Positions 1 to 11,491 of a DNA stretch of 64,000 bases are shown piece after piece. A model generated the notes under the pieces. That model was not told where the DNA came from and did not search any database. It saw only the letters and a program-made list of their open reading frames with translations. Source of the DNA: Mizuhopecten yessoensis (taxonomy: Eukaryota). The stretch covers positions 301,466 to 365,465 of the forward strand of contig NW_018405678.1 of NCBI RefSeq assembly GCF_002113885.1, read 5' to 3'. Positions within the stretch are counted from its first letter, which is position 1. The number at the start of each line of letters is the position of its first letter. Position numbers and translations under genes: made by a program.

Positions 1-384
1 TTGGAAATTTCTTTAATCTGCGATTTCCTTTCGTGCAAATTTGCGAGTAAGATCGATCATCTAAGGATGTATATCGCGAATTTTCATTGAGACACAATTA
101 AAGCTGTTGATGTACTTTTTTCTTTCGTTAATTCAAATCTTCGTGAATACGTTGTTGGACGAACACTTGCTTTAAATAAATGTTCACAAAAACAAGCGTT
201 CTACAGTATATGACTTATCTAACATAAACTAGATTCGTTGGATTTATTTTTGGTTCACCACAAGTTACTCACCTATGCACTGACACTGACCCGTTTTTGA
301 CGTGGTGTCAGTTACTGCCTGATAACCTTTGCACGAACTGTTGTCACCATTTTGTAAACTAAAGGGAATCGGTATAGACGTAAA

Positions 385-3300
385 ATGGCGATTAACCGTA
401 TCAGTTTGGTAGTATTCGTCTTCTATGCGTTGATAGTTTGTGGTCATTGCAAAGAAGACTCTAACAAGAGGATTCTTCTGAATGACCCAGACTACATTCA
501 ACAGCTTATAACCCATCTCCAGGGAGAGTTACAGACCCTCCAGACCACGGTACATACCCTCCAGACCACGGTACATACCTACCAGACCATGGTAGAGACA
601 CAAACTGGTGAAATATCCTCTCTCAAAACACAACTTTCACAGGCAAACAACGGTAAGCTTCTTAATTACTATAATTGAAGATAGACAGATACTAATTATG
701 TTGAATTTTAAAGTGTGTCATTAAAAAGAAAAGGCCTAACTATACCATTTGCTCTTCAGCTGGGCGAAGGTGTGCACGTATATCGTTAAGAGTGTGAATT
801 GTATATGTAAAAGTAGTAATGATGCGTCTTGGTGTGTGTGTGTGTGTGTGCTTAATATCCCTTAGCAACGGCGTCGCCATCTGGTTGTTTTGACCTGCGT
901 CGAGCGTGCTTGGGTTAAACCGCTTATCGTTGACTTCATTGATTATGGCCCTGGTATCCGACATGCGTGTGATCCTTGGCCACGAAGCGGTGACCCCTGT
1001 CAGTTTTTCTATCGGGTTTTCTGAGGTACTTTTATTTTTCGGCTCAACAAAAGTAAAAAAACTCGATGACGTCATGAAAAGTTACTCTCCGTATAAAATT
1101 AAAAAATCTCAGTTAAACCTGAAAGAAAAACTGACCAGGGTCAAGATGGCGGCACCGTTGCTAAGGAAAACACCATCTTGCAGCGCCGTTGCTCCCCCTC
1201 GTTGACTTCATTGATTATGGCCCTGGTCGCGTATCCGACATGCGTGTGATCCTTGGCCACGGGAAGCGGTGACCCCATTTCCATTTGCAGCATAAAAATT
1301 TGGTCTATCAAAATATTATTTTAAGTTTAAAAATCGTACTTATGTCGGCCAGATTGAATTTCAAATCAATTTCTTAGTAACAAGAATTGCTCTGGATCAT
1401 ACACCAAAAACTTTTCAAGTTTTTCAAGATGGCGTCTATATAGCGGCTATATTGAATTTCAATCAGCGCCAAAAAAACAAGTATCTGTCTTAATATAGAC
1501 ATGATTTATTTCCCCATTCAATTCGGCGAAACAAATCAAAAGGAATTGGAACAAATAAAAAACAAAAATCATACACCGATCATTTATCTATTACATGTCA
1601 GCGAAATCGGTCCTGAGTTGTCGTTGAAATATATTTTTAATATTGCTACAATTACTGTGCTATTGAATTTCAAATTTGCTTTAACACTACAAGATCTGGT
1701 CAGGATATGCATTGCTCATTTCCATTACATTCGAGCTTAATCAAGTCAGTAATATTTGTGTTTATAAAGTAAATTTTAAAAATGGCGTCCTTTGCGGTCA
1801 TACTGGAATTCTGATCGGTTCTAAAACTACAAAGTCCAGTCACTACCATGTCATTATCATTCCAAATACAGTTCAGCCTAATGAGCTCAATAGAAATTAT
1901 GTTAAAGGGGGAAAAATCAAGATGGATACCATGGAGTCCATATTTAATTTTAATTTTAAGTATTTAATTTCCATAGTAACAAGAGCAAATCTAAGCCACA
2001 CATCACATTCCAATTATTTTCAAATAAATTTCAGCTAAATTGGTTTAGCAGAATTGGAGTTAAAACTCGAAATATATTCTGAAGACAGCTGCCATGGCGG
2101 CCATATTAAAAAGTTTTTTTGAATATACATGAAAGTTTAAAACCTTAAAAATCAGAACTTAAAGATAAATAAAATAAACAAATCAAGAGGCATGTATTAT
2201 TTAAAAAAAAATAAAAAATAAAAATCGCAGGATATATTAATTCATAAATCTATATTAAATTTTGAATGATCAGCATGTACTACCACACTCTGTTATAATA
2301 AGGAACCATTCAAATCCATTTTGCGTTCAATCCATTGAAACAAGAGACCCAATCGGCCTGTATCAACCCGCATCTATGACAATTAAATAGGTCTTGGTCA
2401 AACTCTATTTAAATAGGCTAAAGTATGGTACTTTACAAATTATCAGTATTTTTGGGAGATTGTATTACCTGGTAGACTACACTTTATAACAATTTATAGG
2501 AAGGCTTTAACTTACTGTAATAATCTGACCTTCAAAGATTGTTTAGGTCATTCATTCAAATTTCACTGTAACAATATAATAGCAATTTACCCATTAACAT
2601 ACAGACAAATTGGAATAACACCTATGTGACCTTGGAATTGAGTAAAAAAAGTATCACTGGAAACAACTTCAAAGACTATAATATTTTACTTTTACTTTTT
2701 CATTCAAACAATTTGATCCTTTTCGGTGTTTTGGCAATAGCCTATTTGTTTTGTCTTAACACTTTGAACTATCCAGCTTTTTGCCTACATAATTATGACA
2801 TGAATGTTTAAAACACTTACTCGCTATACATGCGCATAAATGTCACCCACTATTCTTTTCGATTCGATATATAAATCAGAACACGTTTTCCCATTTGTTA
2901 TAGTCGGTGGGGGATCCACGTTTGTTCGCTGGGGACGGACCGACTGTCCTGCCAATCTGACGGAACTCGTATATTCTGGTAAGTTTGTAACTCTATAACC
3001 TAAGGACAGGAGTGTCTTGTCTCTTCATCCCTAGCAAGTTTATACCAAGGTATAAGATGAGAACGTTAACTGCTTCGATGTTATGACACAGGGAGTGAGT
3101 ACTAAGGTGCGAGATACGAGTCTAGTCCTAACAACACTAGTATAATTACCTCTTCCTGCATGGGAAATGTATATACATTATGTAGGATGATGTGATGGGG
3201 ATTTGCACTGTTTATTCCGTCTTTGCGTATTGTAGAGTTATCTTCTCTTTGGAGTAGGTATTGATTGTTGCGTCACTTGTTTGTGAGAATAACGTCATCA

Positions 3301-4548
3301 ATTTTTGAGAAAACGATGTAATTTTCTCGCACAGACCAATGACGTAACAATCAATACCTGCTCCCAAGAGAAGATAACTCTGCAATACGCAAAGACGGAA
3401 TAAGTTGTACCCCAGGAAGTAAGTCCGTGTTTGGTTTGGTAGAAATGTTTTATAATTTTACTAGTTTTCTGGTATAATGTTATCCTGGTATCATGAATGT
3501 TTTGTCTCTTCATGCCTGCCTAGCAATAATTTATGTGGTAATAAGGTGGAAATCCTGATCATTTAAGTTATGACCTGATTTCCCTATTATACCCCTTTCC
3601 TTTGTAAGGGAACAGACGCTAGAGCAATTTGTGGTAGCATAAATGCATTGTCTATTGATGTCAAGTATAATGCATAGACATAGGATGGGGATCACAACCG
3701 TTAATTTATTGTATTACTTATTCCATTGAAATAAGGCCCCGTCCGTCTACCTCTATAGGGTTCACATCCCCAATTTATAAAACATTGTCCCCTATGCCAC
3801 AGATGTTCAAAATCAAACATGATTTAAATACGTTCAATCTTATGGAAGGCGAGGAATTTGAAAGATTTACCTCTACTGCCCCTATTGCGTCTGCCCCTCT
3901 GGCCCTTGTTTGACCAACAATGTTCCATACTAAATTTTACAAAAATCGAGTTAGCCGTTCTGGACTAGAAGTGTTTTAAAAGAAACGATATTTTTGTTTA
4001 AGATTTGTTTATCTTTCCTTTAAAAATGTGGCGTATTTATAAATAGGAGCCCATTTGTGTTAGGTTTAGCAGGAGGTTCCTGGTATGACCACAGTGGAGC
4101 GGCAGTTGACTATCTTTGTCTGCCACCTGATCCGGAATGGTTACAGACAACAGTTGTACCGGATGATTACACGGGGAGGCTCTATGGGGCAGAGTACGAA
4201 TCTTTCAATGGATATACTCTCTTTGGGCCACAATCACACAATGAAGAGGTTCCCTGTGCGGTCTGTAGATCTACTTCCTTTGTTTCCTCTGTAATGATAC
4301 CGGCAAGGACGACCTGCTACAGCGGCTGGACGAAGGCTTACAGTGGGTCACTGGCGTCAGGGTCCTATGCACACGTAGCTGCTTCCCAATACGTATGTGT
4401 AGACGAGAACCCACAGCCTGTTGTTGGAGGAGCTGATAGAGACGACAATGGTAAAATGTTTCTTGGCGTCAAAGCGTTTTGTGGTTCTCTGCGATGTCCT
4501 CCATACCAGCAAGACAAATTTCTATCTTGTGTAGTTTGTATGAAATAA
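385..4548 (+). CDS. Secreted coiled-coil + short-chain collagen C4 (collagen IV NC1-like) domain protein, copy 1 (275 aa, 3 exons)
   Basis: Exons 385-652, 2904-2978, 4064-4548; GT-AG introns, both phase 1; 828 nt open frame. Hydrophobic signal peptide (ISLVVFVFYALIVCGHC), KRILLNDP motif, heptad neck. C-terminal domain GSTFVRWGRTDCP..LVYSG..YLCLP..EVPCAVC..MIPARTTCYSGW..YVCVD..CGSLRCPPY..SCVVC has 10 Cys and an internal two-fold repeat, as in C4/NC1-like invertebrate proteins. Confidence 0.88.
859..1197. mobile_element. MITE in intron 1 (orthologous copies at 11966-12336 and 24253-24597)
   Basis: Inverted termini CCTTAGCAACGG..GCCATCT / CAAGATGGCGGCACCGTTGCTAAGG; about 50-bp imperfect TIR in copy 2. 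In copies 1 and 3 it is followed by a ~75-bp direct duplicate of its own interior (1199-1277 in copy 1). Confidence 0.65.
2992..3140 (+). mobile_element. Short non-autonomous Helitron (also about 26398-26547)
   Basis: Starts TC, ends CTAG followed by T, no TSD; absent at the orthologous site of copy 2 (GTAAC|TAAAATTAC at about 13231-13244). The 3' hairpin is degenerate. Confidence 0.5.
3215..3400. mobile_element. 186-bp palindromic MITE flanked by TA
   Basis: TTCCGTCTTTGCGTATTG...CAATACGCAAAGACGGAA, self-complementary over nearly its full length; absent in unit 3 (TATA at 26594-26597). Confidence 0.85.
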
Positions 4549-6593
4549 ATATTTGAGAAAATATTTAGTATCTTGCATTTTTATGAAAGATTTCAAAACA
4601 AATATTTTAATTTTCTCTCATATTTATTTTTTCCTCATTTACACGCAGCAGATGACCACTGAACGTAAAGGATCTCAAAAAATATCTCAATCAAACTATC
4701 AATTAATTCATTCACTCATAAAGACACATTTGAACACTTCTTTAATTTAATTTCTCTATGTTCATGTGTAAAATTTGGCAATGCTGCATAATAGTTGAAG
4801 TCTTCACGATTCCATTGAAACCATTAAAGTGAGGTAAGGGTACTGCTAGATTCATTCAAAATAATTCAGTTAACACCTTTTATCTAATTGTGACCTTGAA
4901 AGTTGACTTGGTAGTCCTCATATTAACGAGGCCATGTTCTCAACAATCAACGGTCGTTCGTATTTCGAAAGTGTTTTTTTACACATTTGATCCCTTACCT
5001 TGTAATTTGGTCAATGCCATTTGTGTTTGCAAACTTGCTAGCTCCTCACTTTTCACAGCACGTTTCTGGTAAAACATTAAAAGGATTTTGGCCACAATTT
5101 TTTACATTTTGTAAAAATAAGCGAAACCTGTAATATACTTTAATAAATACCGAATCATCCATTAACATATACTTAATACCTTATCATAATCCATCATAAC
5201 GTTACATATCCCCATATCGACGTCAAAAAGTGAAAGTTTTACCAAACAAATTTTGCATCTGAGTTTGACGTAGTATTATAGCACGTAGACATGGAACGCG
5301 AAAACTTTCATTCAATTTGGACTTGAAAAGTAAAAACGCCGGACAGTATAGTTAGTTTGTATACCAACGAGTATACGTGAACAACTAATGTATGTCTAGT
5401 GTCGATCAAACTGTCACTGTCACGATTAAATTAGATTATGATAGTTTGAAACATTTGTTTCTTTGAAATATTGCTTTAGATGTCGGCTGAAATCGAGATA
5501 CGAAAATTAAAATGACCCTTCCCCATTCCATGATTTTTTTTCATTTCACCTAAAATCAGTAACATGTTTTTTAACACTTTGTATGGAATTAGCAAAAAAT
5601 AATCCTCTTTGAGGTGTTTTGAAATATATGAAAAGGTTTAACGTTCTGAGGCATTATATTATTTGCCTACTCCGTTGAACAACGGTTAAAAAAATGTACA
5701 ATATCTATTTAAATAATTAAACAGATTCGTCACGCAGGTGTGGCTTGAAGTAATTACCCAAAACCCAGAAACAAACAAATATTGCTTCATATTCTATGCA
5801 TACTTTTCAGAAAAGAAACAGGTTCCTAAATCTCCACTTATCGCTAGCTTCAAATTATACGTAAAATTCAAACTCAAAATAGAAAAGAATTTTGCCAGGC
5901 TTGTGATATTCAATTCAATTAGGCTTCACGGCATTGGTTTTGCGTTTGTTTTAAAACACAATTTCCATAAACAGGAACTTGATTAGTTAGGATCTATGCT
6001 AATATTGGAATGTTTATTATGAAAATAGTGTGCCACAAGTAAAGTCATCACAAGTTGTTGGATCCGCCCCTGAAGATATATTTTTGTTAAAAAAGGCTGC
6101 TAAACAAATGTTCATGTTGGTATTTTAAACTATGCAATAGATGGCATATCATCACCACCATTGCTACAAAAATAACAAAACTGTAGAATTCAGAATTTTC
6201 ATCAAAAAACTAATATCGTTTATGATTCACACACATTTTTACCTTATTAACTTGGTCAGTTTTCAGTCCATGTTACTAAACGCATGTCAAATACAAATAT
6301 AAACGCTGTTGAAATTTAGTTTAACACTTTTAACAACATTTTTTCCCCGAACACTTGGACAAAAAGAAACGCACCGGTACACCATACTACCTGTGTTAGT
6401 TGGATGATCGGTTATAAATGCCCTTTGGCCACGACATTCACAGGTAACACCTCTGACATAATGACAACTGTAGTTCACCAGGTAGGTAACGTAAATGCCC
6501 TTTGGCTATAATAAAATGTGGTAAGAACTACATGTAACTAACATACCTTTTAATTCACAGGCAAGATATGTAGGTGTGTGAACTGTGTATTAC

Positions 6594-6623
6594 CACGGAC
6601 TTAGATAACAATCTAATTCCGTG
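6594..6623. mobile_element. 30-bp hairpin with 7-bp TSD, probable P-superfamily excision footprint (also 29729-29758)
   Basis: GTATTAC-CACGGACTTAGATAACAATCTAATTCCGTG-GTATTAC. Confidence 0.6.
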
Positions 6624-6640
6624 GTATTACTATATCAAAG

Positions 6641-7249
6641 TTTGGACCTGAACTAAAGTGTTCAGAGTAATTTTACATCTTTAGATCGACTTTCGGTAAA
6701 AATGACACCCCCAAAGATCACAAATATATACGAGAAGGGTGGGAAGCTGTCGAAAAGTCGACCCCACCTAACTTTCTTGCATCAAAAACAAAATTTCTAG
6801 TTGATCTACTGAAAGTACCGCTGCAAAGATAGATACTTTTCCACGTAAAGTTGACGTCAGCCTCGTGCCGAAACATGCAGTGGTTTAGCGAAAAAAATGG
6901 CTGCGCTTCTAGCCAATCACACCACGATCCGCGCGACTCTCCGCAAGTGGCTGACATTACCATCATTAATATTATACAACAAAAGTGGCACGATGACTGC
7001 GAAAAACTTTTTGAAATAGCGTGTGTTTTTGAAGCAAATAGAGATCATGTCCGCGGAAGGAGAATACATTTTATGTGCATAAAGGAGGTTTTTAAAAGAA
7101 AAACTATCCACCTTTCTAACGGTACTAAGCATTTACCCGTAGATCAACTAGAAATGTTTTTGATGATAGGGGGTGTCATTTTTACCAAAAGTCTATCTAA
7201 ACACTTGTGACATGTAAAATGAATCTGAACATTTTAGTTTAGGTCCAAA
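6641..7249. mobile_element. Foldback MITE with long imperfect TIRs (also 29776-30396)
   Basis: TTTGGACCTGAACTAAAGTGTTCAGA...TCTGAACATTTTAGTTTAGGTCCAAA, plus inner inverted blocks (GGTAAAAATGACACCCCC; TTTCTAGTTGATCTAC). Confidence 0.8.
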
Positions 7250-7672
7250 TATAGCTGTAACAAATTCTCATGTCCCTGCAAGTGGACATGACAACAGTGA
7301 CATGGACTTTTGAGATTTTGCCCTCAAAAGCTTTCCCAAGCTAGGATTTCGGATAACGGTGTATAAGCTTTATTGTCCCACATGAATTGTGCTGACTCCC
7401 TATTATTTTCTACAGCAAGTGATATTGACCATTGAAATTCTGACTTGAAAAACAGTCGCAAGCAACCACTTTCTAAAGGAAGCATTGCATGAAACTCGAG
7501 TGTTCAACAATTAAGTAGAAACCAATAGTAACAATGACTTTGACCTTGAAAAACCATCCAAAGCAAGCACTTTTGTTAAGGGAGGAGTGTATTTAGTTTG
7601 AGTGCTATCAGCCAATGGAAACTTCAGATGTACTTAGCTTCTCAGCCTCTAGGCGGGTCATCCCCTTTATTT

Positions 7673-7862
7673 AGGAGGCACTNAGAATTGTTGAATGTTA
7701 GCTGTGAGCGCTGAAATGGCAACACCAGCTGTTTGCTCTCCAGGGAGTTGAGAAAGATATTTGCTGGTTGCAAAGGCTCTATAACCACGGATAATAATTT
7801 GTGAACCACTATGAAACGAACTAGGTTGTGATAAAGCGTTATATAAGAACCTAAACTTATTA
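7673..7862 (+). mobile_element. CORE-type tRNA SINE, unit-1 copy with its head replaced by an N gap
   Basis: Identical to 30820-31157 except that about 150 nt are missing at N7683. Confidence 0.7.
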
Positions 7863-9506
7863 TTATTTGTATAAGTTCTGTTCCCCATGAGCTTAAAGAT
7901 GCTACCGCTACATTTAGGATAAAACCTCTCCAGTAGTTTGGAAATAAATGTCATGTAATGTCTTTCTCAATGATTTGATTATCATATTGTCGTAACAGGT
8001 ATGATAACTCTTTATAACATTACATATTTAATTTGAAGAAAGAATTTGAACACCTTTAGGGAGTGTAAGACTATTCTCTATAGAGAGATGAAATATTAGC
8101 CTTCAAATTTCCTCATAATGTTTATAATGTTTCTGTGGACTGCAAATATACAAATTGCTTTCATATCAAATTGTGAAAAAGTAATTACAAAAGTTTCAAA
8201 AACAAATAAGGTTTTATAAAGATTTTATTTCAGAAAGAAATATATACATCAAATGATCTCGTATCTCCTCGCAGATTAAACCATAATTTACAAAAGTATC
8301 TATATAAATTCCCTTCACGTGAAAAGCAGCAGAATGATAAAAGCAAAGTGTTCATTGGTCAACTGTATCTTGCTTAAGGAGACTTAAAGCTGACAGTGCA
8401 AGTTATAAAGCTTTCAATTGAGATTTAAAAAGAACAATTATGTTATTTCTGGTTTACATATTTTCCCCATCTCTTCCTTCTGCCGTTTCTAAGAAAGTGG
8501 CGACATTTTTGTTTGTCCTTACTTGGCAATGAGTATGGGTCTCGCTGGGTATAAAAAGCGCATTACCCGTCAAACCAGTTATCATTTGTTCACGCACGAT
8601 TTTTACCGACATTGTGTATCAGATCAGTTGAAAAAGACCTGAAATGGAACACATCAAATATATCATTTATCTAAGAAAAGTGGAAATAGTAGTATGATAC
8701 GATCAATTAAAATATCAAAATATCTAATGCACTAATTCAAATCTTTTCCATGAAAACGGTTCAATTATCAAGTTTAACATTGCTGACTTCACACCTGGCA
8801 GTGTCGCAATTTGGAAGTGTTTATCTAGTAAAGGGTCTACACGACGTAGACTAAGAGTTCATAATAAAGTTATTATTAAGGAGTCATCTGCAAATTGTCC
8901 GAGTTTAGGATTATTTTGAAGTATCTGAATGCCCTTGATATTTATATTGTTTTCTCCCCGTGTTATATATATATAGTATATATGAACCAAACAATGTGAT
9001 GATTACAGTGTAAGGGAGCTAACAATTGCTTTGTAGAAATTCATATAGATTGCTTTATAGACATACATTTAGAGAAGATCTACATTTTATTTAGTATATA
9101 TATGAGCCAAACAATGTGATGATTAAAGTGTAAGGGAAGTATTGATTTGTACTATGTTTGTAAACTCTCCAGGAAGGAGATAAGAAAAGAACCAGAATAA
9201 TAAGAGAGACAGAAGACGAATGGCGTGGTTTATATTTCCTCCGAAATAAGCGAGCCCCAACATATTTAACCCATAACACCTGAATAGTTAGTATTTCAGC
9301 CTCATACATTGCAAATAGTAAGAATAGATACAGTGAGACGGGACCTCCTTGGGGGAATCCAAATTTTATATTTAGGTTCGACACTATATAATTGTGAGTT
9401 ATATCCATCTTAGCCCGAGTTTCCTCTGGCCCTAACACCAGAACACTGCATCACAGGTTGGGGGTCTATATATATTGGCTACGAGTTAAGGGTTTGAGTT
9501 CTTAAA

Positions 9507-9730
9507 TTAGATTTGAATATACAATATCAATATGTCCATGCCCTCTACCTCCATGTCTTTACGTCTAATAAACGGTGTATTGTTCTCTATATATGTCGCT
9601 ACACTACCATGTCGTTTTCCATGCGGCCTGTCCAATCGTTCCAGCTGATAATTATTTATATTAACATCTCTTTCTTCTTCAGATAAGTAAACTCGGACTG
9701 CATATACATTTCCTTTGTACAGCATTTGAA
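9507..9730 (-). mobile_element. CR1/L2-clade LINE AP-endonuclease fragment (also 19956-20170 and 20925-21120)
   Basis: Translation NINNYQLERLDRPHGKRHGGVATYIENNTPFIRRKDMEVEG resembles the LINE endonuclease 'R.DR...GGGV..Y' motif. Confidence 0.7.
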
Positions 9731-10179
9731 CACTATTTATGATGTTATTATAAGGATTGACTTTCGTTTTGACGCCGTAAACGGTAGTATGAACGCAGTT
9801 GGCAACGGATTATAGAATATGTTCGTTGCCATCTGCGTTCATACCACCGTATACGCCGTCGAAATGCAGGTCAATCCTGAAATGTACACCTCATCGTCAC
9901 TTATGTCCGAACATAGCCAGATTCTTGGGAACACAAAATATCGAACTGCTAACGTGCGACGTGGAAGGATATTTCTTACAATGTATTGTAAATACTCCGT
10001 ATGTTCTACGAACACATCTTTAAACCAGCAGGTAACGAAAATAATGAATGTTCATTTTCCTCAATATTACCGTAGTACATATGTGCCAGTTATGCTAATT
10101 GTGCATTTCCAGAACATGCTAAGAATACAAACATTTATGATAGTCACACAATTAAATATCACAGACTGTCTTAAAACAT

Positions 10180-10890
10180 CTACACTGCATGCATTTCTAA
10201 CACTGCTGTTTAGCCCATTCCACAACATCGATGAGCAATAGATAAAATGCGTAAACACAATAGTGTTGTATACCTTTGAAGAATTTCATTATACATAAAA
10301 TGTCTAAGTCGTCAAACAACACCAATCTGTTTTGAAAACCTTTCCATGATAAAAATATCTATAAAGACACCTAGAAGTTTGGCCCGTATAACAGTTTCAA
10401 TGGTAAAATTATCAATCCTAACTACAGCATCACTACATTTAGCAAGTTTTTGGACAGTTGTGTCATTTTTTCTTCCAACACTTCAACAGTCTTATTTCTG
10501 ACATCCTGGGAAGTACATCAGCATACATGATAGCTGTTGCATGCTTTAGACACTTTGGATAATCATTTATATTTAATATTAACATCAGTGGTCCCAAAAT
10601 TGAGCCTTGCGGGATACCAATATTTATTGGTAGAAAGTCGGACAAAATCTTTTCGAAACTTACAGCCTGTGTCCTCTAAGAGAGATAAGACTCCAAAATT
10701 GCAGAGCTGACTGAGAGACACCATGTGCATACAGCTTGTATAAAATTACCTTCTGATTTGCCGTTTCAAAGGCCTTACGAAGGTCAATAAAAAAATAATA
10801 AGATAGCCTTTGTCAAAAACACTTAGAAGTACTGTTTCAGTAGAATGATATGGTCTAAAACCAAAATGACAGTCACCTATTAGTTTGTCC
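10180..10890 (-). mobile_element. CR1/L2-clade LINE reverse-transcriptase remnant (longer copy about 22130-23190)
   Basis: GIPQGSILGPLMLILNINDYPKCLKHATAIMYAD matches the RT core (PQGS..GP..F...INDL..YADD); frameshifted and degenerate. Confidence 0.8.
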
Positions 10891-11491
10891 GTACATGTTC
10901 ATCTTACAAGTGATCAATTAGCGTCGTAAAACTGTTAAAAAATTATGCAAACAAGTGTACTTCATTTACTTGCTTATTCCTTTTGTCTATAAAAGAGATA
11001 ATGAGAATATACCCTTAAAACACAATAGCGGATTTTTGGATTTTTTTCTTCATTGTTATGAATAGTATTACTAGTATAAAACTCATTTTTGTTCGTGTTT
11101 AAGTCCCAATAATACTCTTTCAATAGAAGCAGATAAATTGGAAATTACTTTAATCTGCGATTTCGTGCAAAATTTGCGAGTAGGATTGATCATCTAAGGA
11201 TGTATATCGCGAATATTCATTGAGACACAATTAAAGCTGTTAAATCTTCGTGAATACGTTGTTGGAAGAACAATCGCTAAAATACATGTTCACAAAAACA
11301 AGCGTCCCACAGCATATAACTTATCTATTGTAAACTAGATTCGTGGGAGTTTTTCTTTGGTTCACCACAAGTTACACACCTATGCACTGACACTGACCCG
11401 TTTTTGACGAGGTGTCTGTTACTGCCTGATAACCTTTGCACGGATTGTTGTCGCCATTTTGTAAGCTATAGGGAATCAGTATAGACGTAAA

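Noticed and set aside
265-516. Antisense ORF over exon 1 (also 11372-11623)
   Set aside because: Shadow of the sense coding exon; not retained in copy 3.
906-1205. ORF conserved between units 1 and 3 (also 24284-24604)
   Set aside because: It lies in an intronic MITE and is not preserved in unit 2; conservation reflects recent duplication.
4540-4549. AATAAA overlapping the stop codon in all three C4-like copies
   Set aside because: It arises automatically from AAA-TAA-A (Lys-stop); it cannot be supported as the poly(A) signal without 3'-end data.
4890-7954. Several short ORFs duplicated at 28026-31249
   Set aside because: Shared only because of near-identical duplication. They overlap MITEs or the SINE, show no protein-like motifs, and some are frameshifted between copies.
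9507-10890. Single intact LINE
   Set aside because: The endonuclease and RT fragments are in the wrong order for one minus-strand element and are riddled with stops and frameshifts; treated as separate remnants.
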